Shown: piece by piece, positions 48,538 through 58,082 of the stretch
How the letters are laid out: each line of letters begins with the position of its first letter
How positions within the stretch are numbered: the stretch's first letter is position 1
Origin: a virus
Lineage: Duplodnaviria; Caudoviricetes
Length of the DNA stretch: 64,000 nucleotides
IMG/VR virus record: IMGVR_UViG_3300029305_004678
Coordinates: 32,001 to 96,000 of that record
Reading direction: 5' to 3' (one strand)
Translations under genes and position numbers: made by a program
The notes under the pieces: generated by a model
What the model saw: only the letters and a program-made list of their open reading frames with translations
Database searches by the model: none
What the model was told of the DNA's origin: nothing

Positions 48538-48612
48538 TTATCTCCTTTCATCAGCAGTATATATGAAATTTAATTTTAATGAGGGTCTTGCAAAAAATAA
48601 ATGCAAAACCAT
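48538..48612 (-). CDS. 24-aa leader ORF (MVLHLFFARPSLKLNFIYTADERR)
   Basis: AAAGGAGGTG RBS inside a hairpin; stop lies just before the next start. Confidence 0.35.
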   Translation of the reverse strand: MVLHLFFARPSLKLNFIYTADERR

Positions 48613-48761
48613 TACAAGACACCTCCTTTCTACATATATACTATACAATCGAAGGGGATAATAATTTCATATAAATAAGGCATTAAGATAAATTGCCTAT
48701 CTAGAACATTCTAATAAATACTTTTTATAAGTATTCAATCTATTTTGGAGGTAAAAATATT

Positions 48762-49454
48762 ATGACTATTAAGCAGAAACAATGGCAGCTTTATTATCTT
48801 GCATACTATGGTGGAGACATCGATGGTATCTGGGGTCCTATGTCTGAAGCTGCAACAATTGCTTTCCAAAAAGATAATGGTCTTGATCCTGATGGTATTT
48901 ATGGACCTCTTACAGAAAACAAATCTATTGAGGTTATTAAGGCTATTCAGGAAGTAGTCGGATCCTATGCAGATGGCTTAGCTGGTAATAATACTAAGAA
49001 TGCTACAGCAGTATGGCAGAGAGATCATGGCCTTGATGCTGATGGTATTGCTGGTCCTATCACTAGAGCCAAGATTCAGGAAGTTCTTGAAGACGAAGAT
49101 CAGTCCTGGTGGGATGATATTAAATACTTCGATAAGTCCGAATTTAAATGTAAGTGTGGTGGAAGATATTGTAACGGTTTCCCCTATAATCCTAAGAAGA
49201 AGTTAGTTCAGACAGCTGATAGGGTTAGAGAGTACTTTGGATCTCCTGCAATAATTTCTAGTGGTGTAAGATGCGAAGTTCATAATGCCAACGTTGGTGG
49301 TGTTTCTAATAGCTTACATATGTATGGTAAGGCTATGGACTTCTGTGTATCTGGTAAGAGAGCGCAGGAAGTTCTCAATTATGTACTTAAGCAGCCTGAA
49401 ATTAATTATGCATATATCATAGATGCAAATTATGTCCATATAGACATACTGTAA
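48762..49454 (+). CDS. Endolysin: two PG-binding-1 repeats plus peptidase M15A
   Basis: DGIWGP, DGIYGP, DGIAGP; SSGVRC..HN..VGG..NSLHMYGKAMD..YVHID. Confidence 0.88.
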   Translation: MTIKQKQWQLYYLAYYGGDIDGIWGPMSEAATIAFQKDNGLDPDGIYGPLTENKSIEVIKAIQEVVGSYADGLAGNNTKNATAVWQRDHGLDADGIAGPITRAKIQEVLEDEDQSWWDDIKYFDKSEFKCKCGGRYCNGFPYNPKKKLVQTADRVREYFGSPAIISSGVRCEVHNANVGGVSNSLHMYGKAMDFCVSGKRAQEVLNYVLKQPEINYAYIIDANYVHIDIL

Positions 49455-49459
49455 ATAAA

Positions 49460-49489
49460 ATAAGGGATGGAGAAATTCTCCATCCCTTA
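49460..49489. terminator. Bidirectional terminator
   Basis: taagggatggaga/tctccatccctta. Confidence 0.8.
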
Positions 49490-49494
49490 ATAGT

Positions 49495-51570
49495 TTATCC
49501 GCCTATCTTCCATTTAGTACCATCAAATAGTCTAGGAAGAACCTGTCTCCATTTAGTACCATCAAATACCCATACTAGGCACTTTTTCCATAAATTATTA
49601 GCGTTTACCCCAATTAAACCTTTTGCTTTATATATAGCATATAAAATAATACTAGATGTGGGTGTATAGTTATATCCTCCAGCATATTCAGATCCAGTAC
49701 CACTCTTAGCTGTATTCCAGCTTATAAAGTCATATCCCTTTCGAGTAATATTACTTGCTGTAGGTAAAATTACACTTTCAGTCCTAGTAGAACTATTCCA
49801 GTTAGCATATAGTGTAGTAGCGGAAGTGAATGCGCTAGATTTAGTATATTCTGTTCCAGTACCGTTATTTCCAGAGAACCAACCATCAAATGAATATGAT
49901 GTGATCTTATTAGCACTCTTACTGCCTACAGAGCAAGTACCACCATTTCCATTAAATGTTACAGTATAAGTATCATCTACAACATCTGATTTAGATAGAG
50001 ACCACCAATTATTACTGCTAATTACATTATTAGAATACGTATAATTATAGCTATATATTGCATATAGGCTCAGACTTCCAGTTAGTTTATAGGATCCTCC
50101 AGCATTATAAGATGTACCCGAACCATCTGGCTTGGTATTCCATCCAGTAAAAGTAAATACTTGAGTCCTTGTAGCAGTTTGAACAATATCAGATGCTCCA
50201 TTATTTGACTTACCAGTTATATTGAAATTAGTATTTACACTGCTTCTACTTACCTTATCTGATGCTGGTAATATCATACTTTCTGTATCTGTAGAACTAT
50301 TCCAATCAGCATATATTGTAGTAGCAGAAGTAAACGCACTATTACTATTGTACTTGGTGCCTAAGCCGCCATTATTAGCATACCATCCATCAAAAGAATA
50401 AGAAGTTATATTTCTAGAACTAAGACTACTTACAGAGCAACTACCTCCATTGCCATTAAATGTGGCATTATAAGTAGCATTCACTACAGCATCTCGAGCT
50501 ATAGACCACCATGTATTACTACTAATTACATTATTTGAATAAGCATAGCTAGAATTATATATAGCATATAAAGTTATATTACCATCTAAATTATATGCCC
50601 CTCCAGCATAATAAGTTGTACCAGAACCATCTGGTTTAGTATTCCAAGTAGTAAATGTAAAATTTTCTGTTCTTGTAGCTGTTTGTATTATATCAGATTT
50701 CCCATTATTGGGCTTACCTGTTATATTGAAATTCGTATTTACACTACTCTTAGAAGGAGTATTAGTAGAGTCACTCGGAAGAGTAAGAGATATACCTTCC
50801 CATTTTGTTAATGCTTTGGCACTCCCGCTGGAAAATGATCCACCATTTCCATTCAATGTTATAGTATAAGGTAGAGAATAGTTTGCTGTAATACTCATAG
50901 ATGTTATGCTTAAATAATCATAGCTATACCAGTATTTAGTACCATCAGCAGCAGCTGATCCATCGTAATATTTATTGGTTTCATCAGCATTATAGAATAC
51001 TATTGTATCATTACCAGCTTCTATATATTCTTTTAAATGACTGAAAAGATCTGGATAGGAAGATTCGGTAAGAGTATATGTAGCTGTTGTATTCCGAAAA
51101 GTTCCTGAAAGAATACCTAAAATATCACTATCATAATCGTAACAAGTCTTTCCAGGGTCTGGATTAACAATCTTCTGTGCATACGTATCTGCAGCAGGTG
51201 TTGTTCCAACAGCACCAAATCCAGCATAATCTCGAGGTGTTTTAGAAGTATTTATTCCACCCTGCACATGAGATTTTCTAAGAATTAATTTTTTATTTAC
51301 AGATGCACCAGCACTGCTAAAAGTAATACTTAAATTTATAGAATTAATCTTGGTTCCTTTTAAAGCGCTTAGACCAGTAAAGCTTATAACACCTATACGC
51401 TGCTGCCATGACATAGGATCAGGGGATTCGCTACCTGCATATTTTCCTTGAAATGCCTGATCCATATCACGCCAAGTATTATTTGCCCATGCATAACAGC
51501 CAGGATAACCAGGCCAGCCTGTATTAATTTTTGTTTTATCTGCACTAACGGTATAACTATATTGACTCAT
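49495..51570 (-). CDS. Virion adhesin/appendage protein with InlB B-type (Listeria-Bacteroides) repeats
   Basis: Repeated TFNGNGG..F.GWNTK.DGSGT.Y..LYAIY; ~170-aa internal duplication. Confidence 0.75.
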   Translation of the reverse strand: MSQYSYTVSADKTKINTGWPGYPGCYAWANNTWRDMDQAFQGKYAGSESPDPMSWQQRIGVISFTGLSALKGTKINSINLSITFSSAGASVNKKLILRKSHVQGGINTSKTPRDYAGFGAVGTTPAADTYAQKIVNPDPGKTCYDYDSDILGILSGTFRNTTATYTLTESSYPDLFSHLKEYIEAGNDTIVFYNADETNKYYDGSAAADGTKYWYSYDYLSITSMSITANYSLPYTITLNGNGGSFSSGSAKALTKWEGISLTLPSDSTNTPSKSSVNTNFNITGKPNNGKSDIIQTATRTENFTFTTWNTKPDGSGTTYYAGGAYNLDGNITLYAIYNSSYAYSNNVISSNTWWSIARDAVVNATYNATFNGNGGSCSVSSLSSRNITSYSFDGWYANNGGLGTKYNSNSAFTSATTIYADWNSSTDTESMILPASDKVSRSSVNTNFNITGKSNNGASDIVQTATRTQVFTFTGWNTKPDGSGTSYNAGGSYKLTGSLSLYAIYSYNYTYSNNVISSNNWWSLSKSDVVDDTYTVTFNGNGGTCSVGSKSANKITSYSFDGWFSGNNGTGTEYTKSSAFTSATTLYANWNSSTRTESVILPTASNITRKGYDFISWNTAKSGTGSEYAGGYNYTPTSSIILYAIYKAKGLIGVNANNLWKKCLVWVFDGTKWRQVLPRLFDGTKWKIGG

Positions 51571-51737
51571 TATACCATCCTCCTTAATTAATTTAATTAA
51601 ATGTTCATAGAGGGACTTTTAGCCTAATTAATGAAAAAAAAAAGAATCCATATGGATGGGGAGCTCTATATGGATTCTTTCTATAGACATAGGAATAGCT
51701 ATATGTAATTCTATTTCATAGTAAGCACATATTATAG

Positions 51738-52003
51738 TTGTAGAGCTATAAAGATATTGAGATAATGATTTAAATGTCGCATAAAAGTAAGGGGAACTTT
51801 TGATATTTTTATTTTATATCGATATCAAAATACTTTGCTCTACTGGAGGTGCAAAACTATGGATAACTGGGGTGTAGGTAATGGCTAAATACACTTATCT
51901 AGTTATCAGTAGAATTTTATAAATGCATTTCCTAATACTATAAATGATAAGAAGAATTCTAAATGGGCTTGCTTCCCCACAAGCCCTACATTTATTTTTT
52001 TTT
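51738..52003 (+). ncRNA. Candidate early sRNA (three hairpins plus terminator) containing a 9-aa micro-ORF
   Basis: CATATTAT at 51728; stems GTAGAGC/GCTCTAC, GATAACTGG/CTAGTTATC, TAGAATT/AATTCTA; GGGCTTG/CAAGCCC plus U-tract. Confidence 0.5.
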
Positions 52004-52496
52004 AGAAGAATGAGCCACCGGATGAGTACATGTCCGGTGGCTCATCGAGAATAGGTATAGATGTCTTTCGCTAAATTAACAAAATTCTTTCAATCTCATA
52101 TAAAGTAAACACAAACCACAAATGATTACAATATACTTGTACTACATTATTGCTTGGTGAAGAATGATAATAGAAAATAGATTTATACTATTGGAACAGA
52201 TTTACTTATTATGTAGTACCGAGATTGTATATTAGTATAATACCATTTAGGTAAGGAGAATGAATAACCTAAAATAATTCTTATACTAATATAATTTTGG
52301 ATGAGACCGCGCTATACCCATAACTCGCAGGAGAGTAGAAAGAAGAATAAATATTTTGTGTTGTTTTACAAAACATCTATTTTCTTCATCGCAATTATAT
52401 CTAAAGGAAATTTGATAATATTACGATTTATAACTAATCCTTGCTTTAAGTAATTATTTCAACATTTAAATAAATTAATCCTAGGAGGTTAGTATA

Positions 52497-53342
52497 ATGA
52501 GTGAATCTGGATATACATATTCTGCAACGTCTAGAATTCCTACTAGACCGTTGTCTTACGCTAATAGAAGTCTTGCTCTTCCAAGAGAATTGATATTAGA
52601 TTATGAAAAAGCTAGAATTTATATCTGTAATTTGAGTGGTAAAATTGTTGATATAACTCAGGGTATTCTCGACCAGACAAATACCATGATTGAAGAAAAT
52701 CTTAAGAGTGAAGATACTGCTTCTACTATTAAGAATATAAGTATCGAATTAGAAGATGGCGATACAGTAACTATTGGGTCTGGTATAGTCGAATTATTCT
52801 CTAAAATTACTTCTTTGAATAATATTTATAATGAATATAAAAAAACTACGGATGAAGCTATTAAGAATATTAACGATAGCATGCCCTCTAAGGCAACAGC
52901 TATTCCATTAGCAAGTACAGAGAAAGGATCTGTGGGCACTCAGAGTAAGAAGTTTGCTCTTGAGGATCATGCCCATCCTAAGGGATTAGCAACCATTGCA
53001 GATAGGGCTAATGCTATAGATTGGACTAAGATTGAAAATAAGCCGTTTACATTTCCTCCTGAAGATCACAATCATGATAATGTATACTTTAAGAAAACTG
53101 GAGGTACTGTTGATGGTGATGTTACACTTCCAAATGATAAATCTATAGTCGGAACATTGTTGTCTGGTACTACTGCAAAGATGCTCCGTATGGATACTGA
53201 TGATATTCTACATATAGGTGTTGGAAGTCATCCTATTTTTGCTGATGGAAAATTGATATTGAATTCTGATAATTATGGTACAGCAGAACCTTCTGTTGAG
53301 GGTGCTAAAACTGGTCAGATTTACCTTCAGATAATTGACTAA
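52497..53342 (+). CDS. Tail fibre-related structural protein
   Basis: FALEDHAHP, WTKIENKP, HNHD..YFKKTGGTVDGD, GQIYLQI fibre motifs. Confidence 0.7.
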   Translation: MSESGYTYSATSRIPTRPLSYANRSLALPRELILDYEKARIYICNLSGKIVDITQGILDQTNTMIEENLKSEDTASTIKNISIELEDGDTVTIGSGIVELFSKITSLNNIYNEYKKTTDEAIKNINDSMPSKATAIPLASTEKGSVGTQSKKFALEDHAHPKGLATIADRANAIDWTKIENKPFTFPPEDHNHDNVYFKKTGGTVDGDVTLPNDKSIVGTLLSGTTAKMLRMDTDDILHIGVGSHPIFADGKLILNSDNYGTAEPSVEGAKTGQIYLQIID

Positions 53343-53346
53343 AAGA

Positions 53347-53376
53347 AAAGAGCTAGGAGAAATCTCCTAGCTCTTT
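53347..53376. terminator. Bidirectional terminator
   Basis: aaagagctaggaga/tctcctagctcttt. Confidence 0.8.
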
Positions 53377-53384
53377 ATATTATA

Positions 53385-54725
53385 TCACTCTAGACCGAGA
53401 AGCTTCTTCCAAGTCTTATTACCCTTAGTAATCTCGCCATCCTGATAACAACCATTATCAGCCTGATACTTCACAACACATTCATGAGTATTGGGGCCAA
53501 AGTCACCATCGGTCCACTTGATATTGTAACCAAGTTCCTTCAGACGCTTCTGGACAGGCAAAACTACAGGATGCTGATTGTTAATATGCATAGAAATAGT
53601 AACAGTCTTAGACAAAGTTTCAGGACCAGCAATACCATCAACACCAGCACCAGTAACCTTCTGAACATCTGCAACAAATTCCTTCAGAGTATACTCATCC
53701 TTAGTAACAGGAGTTTCCACAGGAGTCTGTTCAACCTTCTTACCTTCATTAGTCCATACAGGCTCGCCATGCCAATCATATACAGTATACCCTTCAGGAC
53801 ATTCAGACTTAGCACCTTCGAGATTCAGATAAGCACCAATCTGGCTGGAAGGATCATCCCAGCTCTTACGGATACGATACCAACGATCTGCCTCAGGAGT
53901 CTCATCAATGGGTTCGGGGTAAACAACATTACCCTCCCAGTCAAATACCTTGTAGCCTTCAGGACATTCAGACTTAGCACCTTCGAGATTCAGATAAGCA
54001 CCAATCTGGCTGGAAGGATCATCCCAGCTCTTACGGATGCGATACCACTTCTTCTCAACAGGCTCTACATTGGTTTCAGGAGTAATAGCAGGGCCATTAT
54101 AGTCAAACCATTCGCAGATAGAATCTGCTTCCAGTTCTGCAAGTGCTTCAAGATTCTTATCATCAAGCAACCACATAGTATTCTTTACATTGGTATGGAA
54201 GCCATGTTCAATAATGACACCAGGAGTTCCGACAGAGTGAGCTCCACGCAGAACACCATAGTAGTCGTCCTTATAACCATTACCATCTCTATCATGAGCA
54301 GACTGCTGAGTATAGATCTGACGGCCAACACCCATAAGAGTAGCTACACGAGCACTGATAAAATCAGCAAATTCATAGCTCTGCTCATCGATGCAACCGC
54401 AATTGTCATCAACAAAGTACATGCTAACAACCCAGTCAGGAGCTTCACGGCCAGCAGCATTACTATGCAAGCTGATAAACAGATCGGAATCCTTAGAAGC
54501 TCTACCACGAGGCTCAAGATCAAGAACCTGATTCACCTGAGACTTGGTGCCAATAACCTTAATACCTCTAGCCTCGAGCTTGGGACGCAGAAGATTGTAC
54601 AGATCCCACATTCTCTGACCTTCATAGTAACCAGCCACGACAGTAGAAGGATTATAATACATACTATCATGACCAGGATCGAGACACACGACAGGAGTTG
54701 TATGTCCATTTTTTACATTTCTCAT
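53385..54725 (-). CDS. Endolysin: amidase_3, duplicated cell-wall-binding module and PG-binding-1
   Basis: VCLDPGH, FISLHSNA, VIIEHGFHTN; two WYRIRKSW repeats; DGDFGP. Confidence 0.9.
   Translation of the reverse strand: MRNVKNGHTTPVVCLDPGHDSMYYNPSTVVAGYYEGQRMWDLYNLLRPKLEARGIKVIGTKSQVNQVLDLEPRGRASKDSDLFISLHSNAAGREAPDWVVSMYFVDDNCGCIDEQSYEFADFISARVATLMGVGRQIYTQQSAHDRDGNGYKDDYYGVLRGAHSVGTPGVIIEHGFHTNVKNTMWLLDDKNLEALAELEADSICEWFDYNGPAITPETNVEPVEKKWYRIRKSWDDPSSQIGAYLNLEGAKSECPEGYKVFDWEGNVVYPEPIDETPEADRWYRIRKSWDDPSSQIGAYLNLEGAKSECPEGYTVYDWHGEPVWTNEGKKVEQTPVETPVTKDEYTLKEFVADVQKVTGAGVDGIAGPETLSKTVTISMHINNQHPVVLPVQKRLKELGYNIKWTDGDFGPNTHECVVKYQADNGCYQDGEITKGNKTWKKLLGLE
53791..54047. repeat. Direct repeat, 92 bp x2 (53791-53882 and 53956-54047), 1 mismatch
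   Basis: Read directly from the sequence. Confidence 0.9.
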
Positions 54726-54842
54726 AAATATAACCTCCATTATTTTTTTTTTGATTTATTAATATGTGAATTTAATCAAAATGGAGTATAAAATATTTAT
54801 AAATAGAAATTGTATTAATAACTGACATTTGATATATTAATC

Positions 54843-56255
54843 TTATTCTATACCTCTAGAATCGAAATAAACAATACCAATATCGGTATAATCATTAACA
54901 ACTACCCATATTCCATCAGAATATTTTATATATGGTATGCCGCCTAAATTAATATTTAAACGTTCAAATGTTATACCATCTGTAGAGTATAAACCATTAC
55001 CCGCTATATAAATTCCATTATTACATTGCATACTTCCAATATCACTAAGTGACTGATCAATATAACCACCGCATAGTATACACGGCTTAAATACTATTCC
55101 ATCAGTGGTATACAGAATACAAGATTTTAAAGAATACGTGTCATAGAATGCAAAATGAACTATACCATTATCATTATTATTATTATAGCATTTTAATTCG
55201 CTACTATAATCTAATTTACAACCAATCATATCCTCCGCGTCACTAATATCTATCGCTATCCATTCAGTAAAATCTGTAGAATAAGCGGGATACTTTATAT
55301 ATATTCCATTGATACGATAAGGATCATTGCTATTATAAAAACTAAAATAAGAAGTAGGAGTATTAGACTTTATCCATTCTCTACCATCTGTTGAATGATA
55401 ACTACCGCATGTCCATATTCCATTTATACGACAGAAACCATTTGATACATCGGTATTAATATCAGCAGCGGTAGATTGTGTCCATGTCTTTCCATCAGTA
55501 GAATAATAAAAATAATCTATATTACCAGAATCTTCCATATAACCACAAACCCACATTCCATCAGCATATCCGACAGATTGAATATATCCTCTTGTAATAT
55601 TAGATTGCGTCCATGTCTTTCCATCTGTAGAATAATATAAGCCTGGATTAGTTGTGGCATTATAATTAGTCTTATAATTGCTATATCCAATCCATAATCC
55701 ATTAAGATATTCAAATTTAAAAAAGGTCCATGATGTAATATTAGATTGTGTCCATGTCTTTCCATCTGTAGAATAACAGACAGCACCATTACTACTACGG
55801 TCAATAATTACCCATATTCCACCACCATATTTAATAGTAGTAGTATATCCGCTTGTAATATTAGATTGTGTCCATATCTTTCCATCTGTAGAATAATAGT
55901 AACCGACATCGTTATTATTTCCTTCTGCTACCCATATTCCATTATTATACGAGACATTTTTAAATTTATCGTCTGTAATATTAGATTGTGTCCATGTCTT
56001 TCCATCAGTAGAATAGTAGACACCACTTTTTCCATATACTACCCATACTCCATTATTGTGCAAAACACTTCTAAAATTACCACTTGTAATATTAGATTGT
56101 GTAAATTCTATCTTTTTAGACCCTTCTATATTTCTTATTTGATTAGGAAAATCTTCTAATGCAATCTTATCTTGCAGATCAGTCTTTTCTCTAATAGCAT
56201 CTGCTATATTAGTCAAAGTCTCACCTTGAATTATGAATAATCCATTATTACTCAT
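54843..56255 (-). CDS. Receptor-binding protein with Asp-box/BNR beta-propeller repeats
   Basis: LTNIADAIREKT anchor; 5 near-identical YYSTDGKTWTQS repeats plus degenerate copies. Confidence 0.75.
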   Translation of the reverse strand: MSNNGLFIIQGETLTNIADAIREKTDLQDKIALEDFPNQIRNIEGSKKIEFTQSNITSGNFRSVLHNNGVWVVYGKSGVYYSTDGKTWTQSNITDDKFKNVSYNNGIWVAEGNNNDVGYYYSTDGKIWTQSNITSGYTTTIKYGGGIWVIIDRSSNGAVCYSTDGKTWTQSNITSWTFFKFEYLNGLWIGYSNYKTNYNATTNPGLYYSTDGKTWTQSNITRGYIQSVGYADGMWVCGYMEDSGNIDYFYYSTDGKTWTQSTAADINTDVSNGFCRINGIWTCGSYHSTDGREWIKSNTPTSYFSFYNSNDPYRINGIYIKYPAYSTDFTEWIAIDISDAEDMIGCKLDYSSELKCYNNNNDNGIVHFAFYDTYSLKSCILYTTDGIVFKPCILCGGYIDQSLSDIGSMQCNNGIYIAGNGLYSTDGITFERLNINLGGIPYIKYSDGIWVVVNDYTDIGIVYFDSRGIE

Positions 56256-56353
56256 TATTTATTCTCTCCTCATTTATTTAGATTGATTTAAAATGAGAGG
56301 CAAAGGTATAATTACTAGATAAATATAGTAATTATACCTTTGCCTTTATTATT

Positions 56354-56485
56354 TTATTCTACACTAGCAGGCTGCAGGATTTCTAAAGACTGCTCCTCAG
56401 TAATAACTCCCTTAGAAACAGCATTCTGTACCATAGTAGTAGTCCATAAGCCCTGCTTATACCATTTCTTGATCTTTTCAAACAT
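56354..56485 (-). CDS. xkdX: XkdX-family small protein, 43 aa
   Basis: MFEKIKKWYKQGLWTTTMVQNAVSKGVITEEQ, translated by hand. Confidence 0.8.
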   Translation of the reverse strand: MFEKIKKWYKQGLWTTTMVQNAVSKGVITEEQSLEILQPASVE

Positions 56486-56488
56486 AGC

Positions 56489-56752
56489 TTATTCCTCCAA
56501 TAAAGTGTCAGTCATCATAGCAGTATATGTGACTTGAGCTTCAATGATATCTAACTGAGTAGGAGTAGAAACTTCCTCTACACCATCATCCTCAATAGTA
56601 TATTCGCCATTGTAAGCTTCTTTCTTGGCGATTTCCTCGTTGGCTTCGCTGTATGTCATAATTACGTCAAGAAAAAGCTGTTCAATATTGGGCTGTTCTT
56701 CTGTGTCGTGATTGATTTCAGCGGACAGGAATCTATATTTAATATGCTTCAT
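56489..56752 (-). CDS. Tail fibre assembly chaperone (XkdW-like)
   Basis: Lies between fibre and XkdX genes; paralogue of 57806-58069. Confidence 0.6.
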   Translation of the reverse strand: MKHIKYRFLSAEINHDTEEQPNIEQLFLDVIMTYSEANEEIAKKEAYNGEYTIEDDGVEEVSTPTQLDIIEAQVTYTAMMTDTLLEE

Positions 56753-56765
56753 TGATTAGACCTCC

Positions 56766-57665
56766 TTAATCTTTGACATACCAAATTGTCACATCAACAG
56801 TTTGCGAACTTAAATCTCTACCTGCGACAATACGAATAGTTGAACCAAACGCAGATACTCTTACATCACCTTCTTGTGCTATGATAGGCATTGCCCATCC
56901 GTCACTTGAACAACCCTCGCAACGAATAATTTTTTGTTGTGTTGGAATCACATTTGGTATATCTCTCTCTCCAGATGCAGGCAGATTTCCACAATTCACC
57001 AGTTTCGTATAAACAATCTTTCCATTCCACCGCTCCGTTGTGATATATTCCACACCAGGAAGCATGTCTGGTGTACTGTCTGCGTATACATTCGCTATGG
57101 TTAATGCACTTGATTCATCAAAATCAGTAACTAATTCAAAGTTTATCGGCGTAAAAATTGTTGTCATTTCTCTTATAGTAATATATACTTGATTATCATA
57201 ATTTAAATTATAGAAGGCGTATATTGTATACTCATATTCATTAGATTTCTTAACTGCTATTTTACTTAATCCATAAGTAGATGGATTAGCAGGCACAATA
57301 GTTCTAGCATTTGCCCAATAATATCCGCTTGTAATTTCAATTAATGCACTTACTGGAGTATTATTATAATAACTACCACCAATATGAAGTTTTACACTCG
57401 CACTATAAGCGTTTTCAGAAATAAAGGTACCAATCTTATACCATCCAGCTGTTACTAGTCGTGATTCCAATTTATGGTCTTGTGGAGCAGCGCCTACTTT
57501 ATCAGCAGTAGTTGGAATTTCATTTCTGTCAGCCTTATTCTCTAGAATTACATTCAAACCAGTACCATCATCATCACTAACAGCACTTATTTTAGTTCTA
57601 GGAAACAGTGCTTCTGATTTATCTTTATCAGAAAATAGAGTTTTAATTTTACCAACTATACTCAT
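56766..57665 (-). CDS. Tail fibre / receptor-binding protein
   Basis: LFPRTKISAV..DGTGL, GWYKIG, TTERWNGKIVYTKLVNCGNLP, TIWYVKD. Confidence 0.75.
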   Translation of the reverse strand: MSIVGKIKTLFSDKDKSEALFPRTKISAVSDDDGTGLNVILENKADRNEIPTTADKVGAAPQDHKLESRLVTAGWYKIGTFISENAYSASVKLHIGGSYYNNTPVSALIEITSGYYWANARTIVPANPSTYGLSKIAVKKSNEYEYTIYAFYNLNYDNQVYITIREMTTIFTPINFELVTDFDESSALTIANVYADSTPDMLPGVEYITTERWNGKIVYTKLVNCGNLPASGERDIPNVIPTQQKIIRCEGCSSDGWAMPIIAQEGDVRVSAFGSTIRIVAGRDLSSQTVDVTIWYVKD

Positions 57666-57668
57666 TTA

Positions 57669-57803
57669 TTACTCCTCCTTTTCTGCAAGAATTTCATTTG
57701 CTTCTTCTTCAGTTAGAATGCCTTTTTTAACAGACATTTTAACTAACTGAGGACTCCAAAGTCCTCTTTTATAAAAACTTTTAATAGTTTCAAAATCCAG
57801 CAT
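57669..57803 (-). CDS. xkdX: XkdX-family small protein, 44 aa
   Basis: MLDFETIKSFYKRGLWSPQLVKMSVKKGILTEEE, translated by hand. Confidence 0.8.
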   Translation of the reverse strand: MLDFETIKSFYKRGLWSPQLVKMSVKKGILTEEEANEILAEKEE

Positions 57804-57805
57804 AT

Positions 57806-58069
57806 TTATACCTCACTCACATCTGGCATACAGAGCATAGTAACTGCTGCTTCTAGTGCCTCAAATCTTTCTTCTGTAGTAGGAGTAGAAACTTCCTCTA
57901 CACCATCATCCTCAATAGTATATTCGCCATTATAGGCTTCTTTCTTTGCGATTTCCTCGTTGATTTCATTCCAGCCCATTTCTACAGGGGAAAGAATTTC
58001 AACAATCTTTGGCTCTGCCTCTGTGCCGTGGTTGACCTTGGTACAAAGGTTGTATTTTAAGATTTTCAT
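57806..58069 (-). CDS. Tail fibre assembly chaperone (XkdW-like)
   Basis: Shares EEIAKKEAYNGEYTIEDDGVEEVSTPT with 56489-56752. Confidence 0.6.
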   Translation of the reverse strand: MKILKYNLCTKVNHGTEAEPKIVEILSPVEMGWNEINEEIAKKEAYNGEYTIEDDGVEEVSTPTTEERFEALEAAVTMLCMPDVSEV

Positions 58070-58082
58070 AATTCGTCCCCCT

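Noticed and set aside
55470-56105. CRISPR-like spaced repeats (gtaatattagattgtgtccatgtctttccatc)
   Set aside because: In-frame Asp-box coding repeats spaced ~120-135 bp; no cas genes
56558-57962. Diversity-generating retroelement TR/VR pair
   Set aside because: Only 3 synonymous mismatches, both copies lie in chaperone ORFs, no reverse transcriptase in the window
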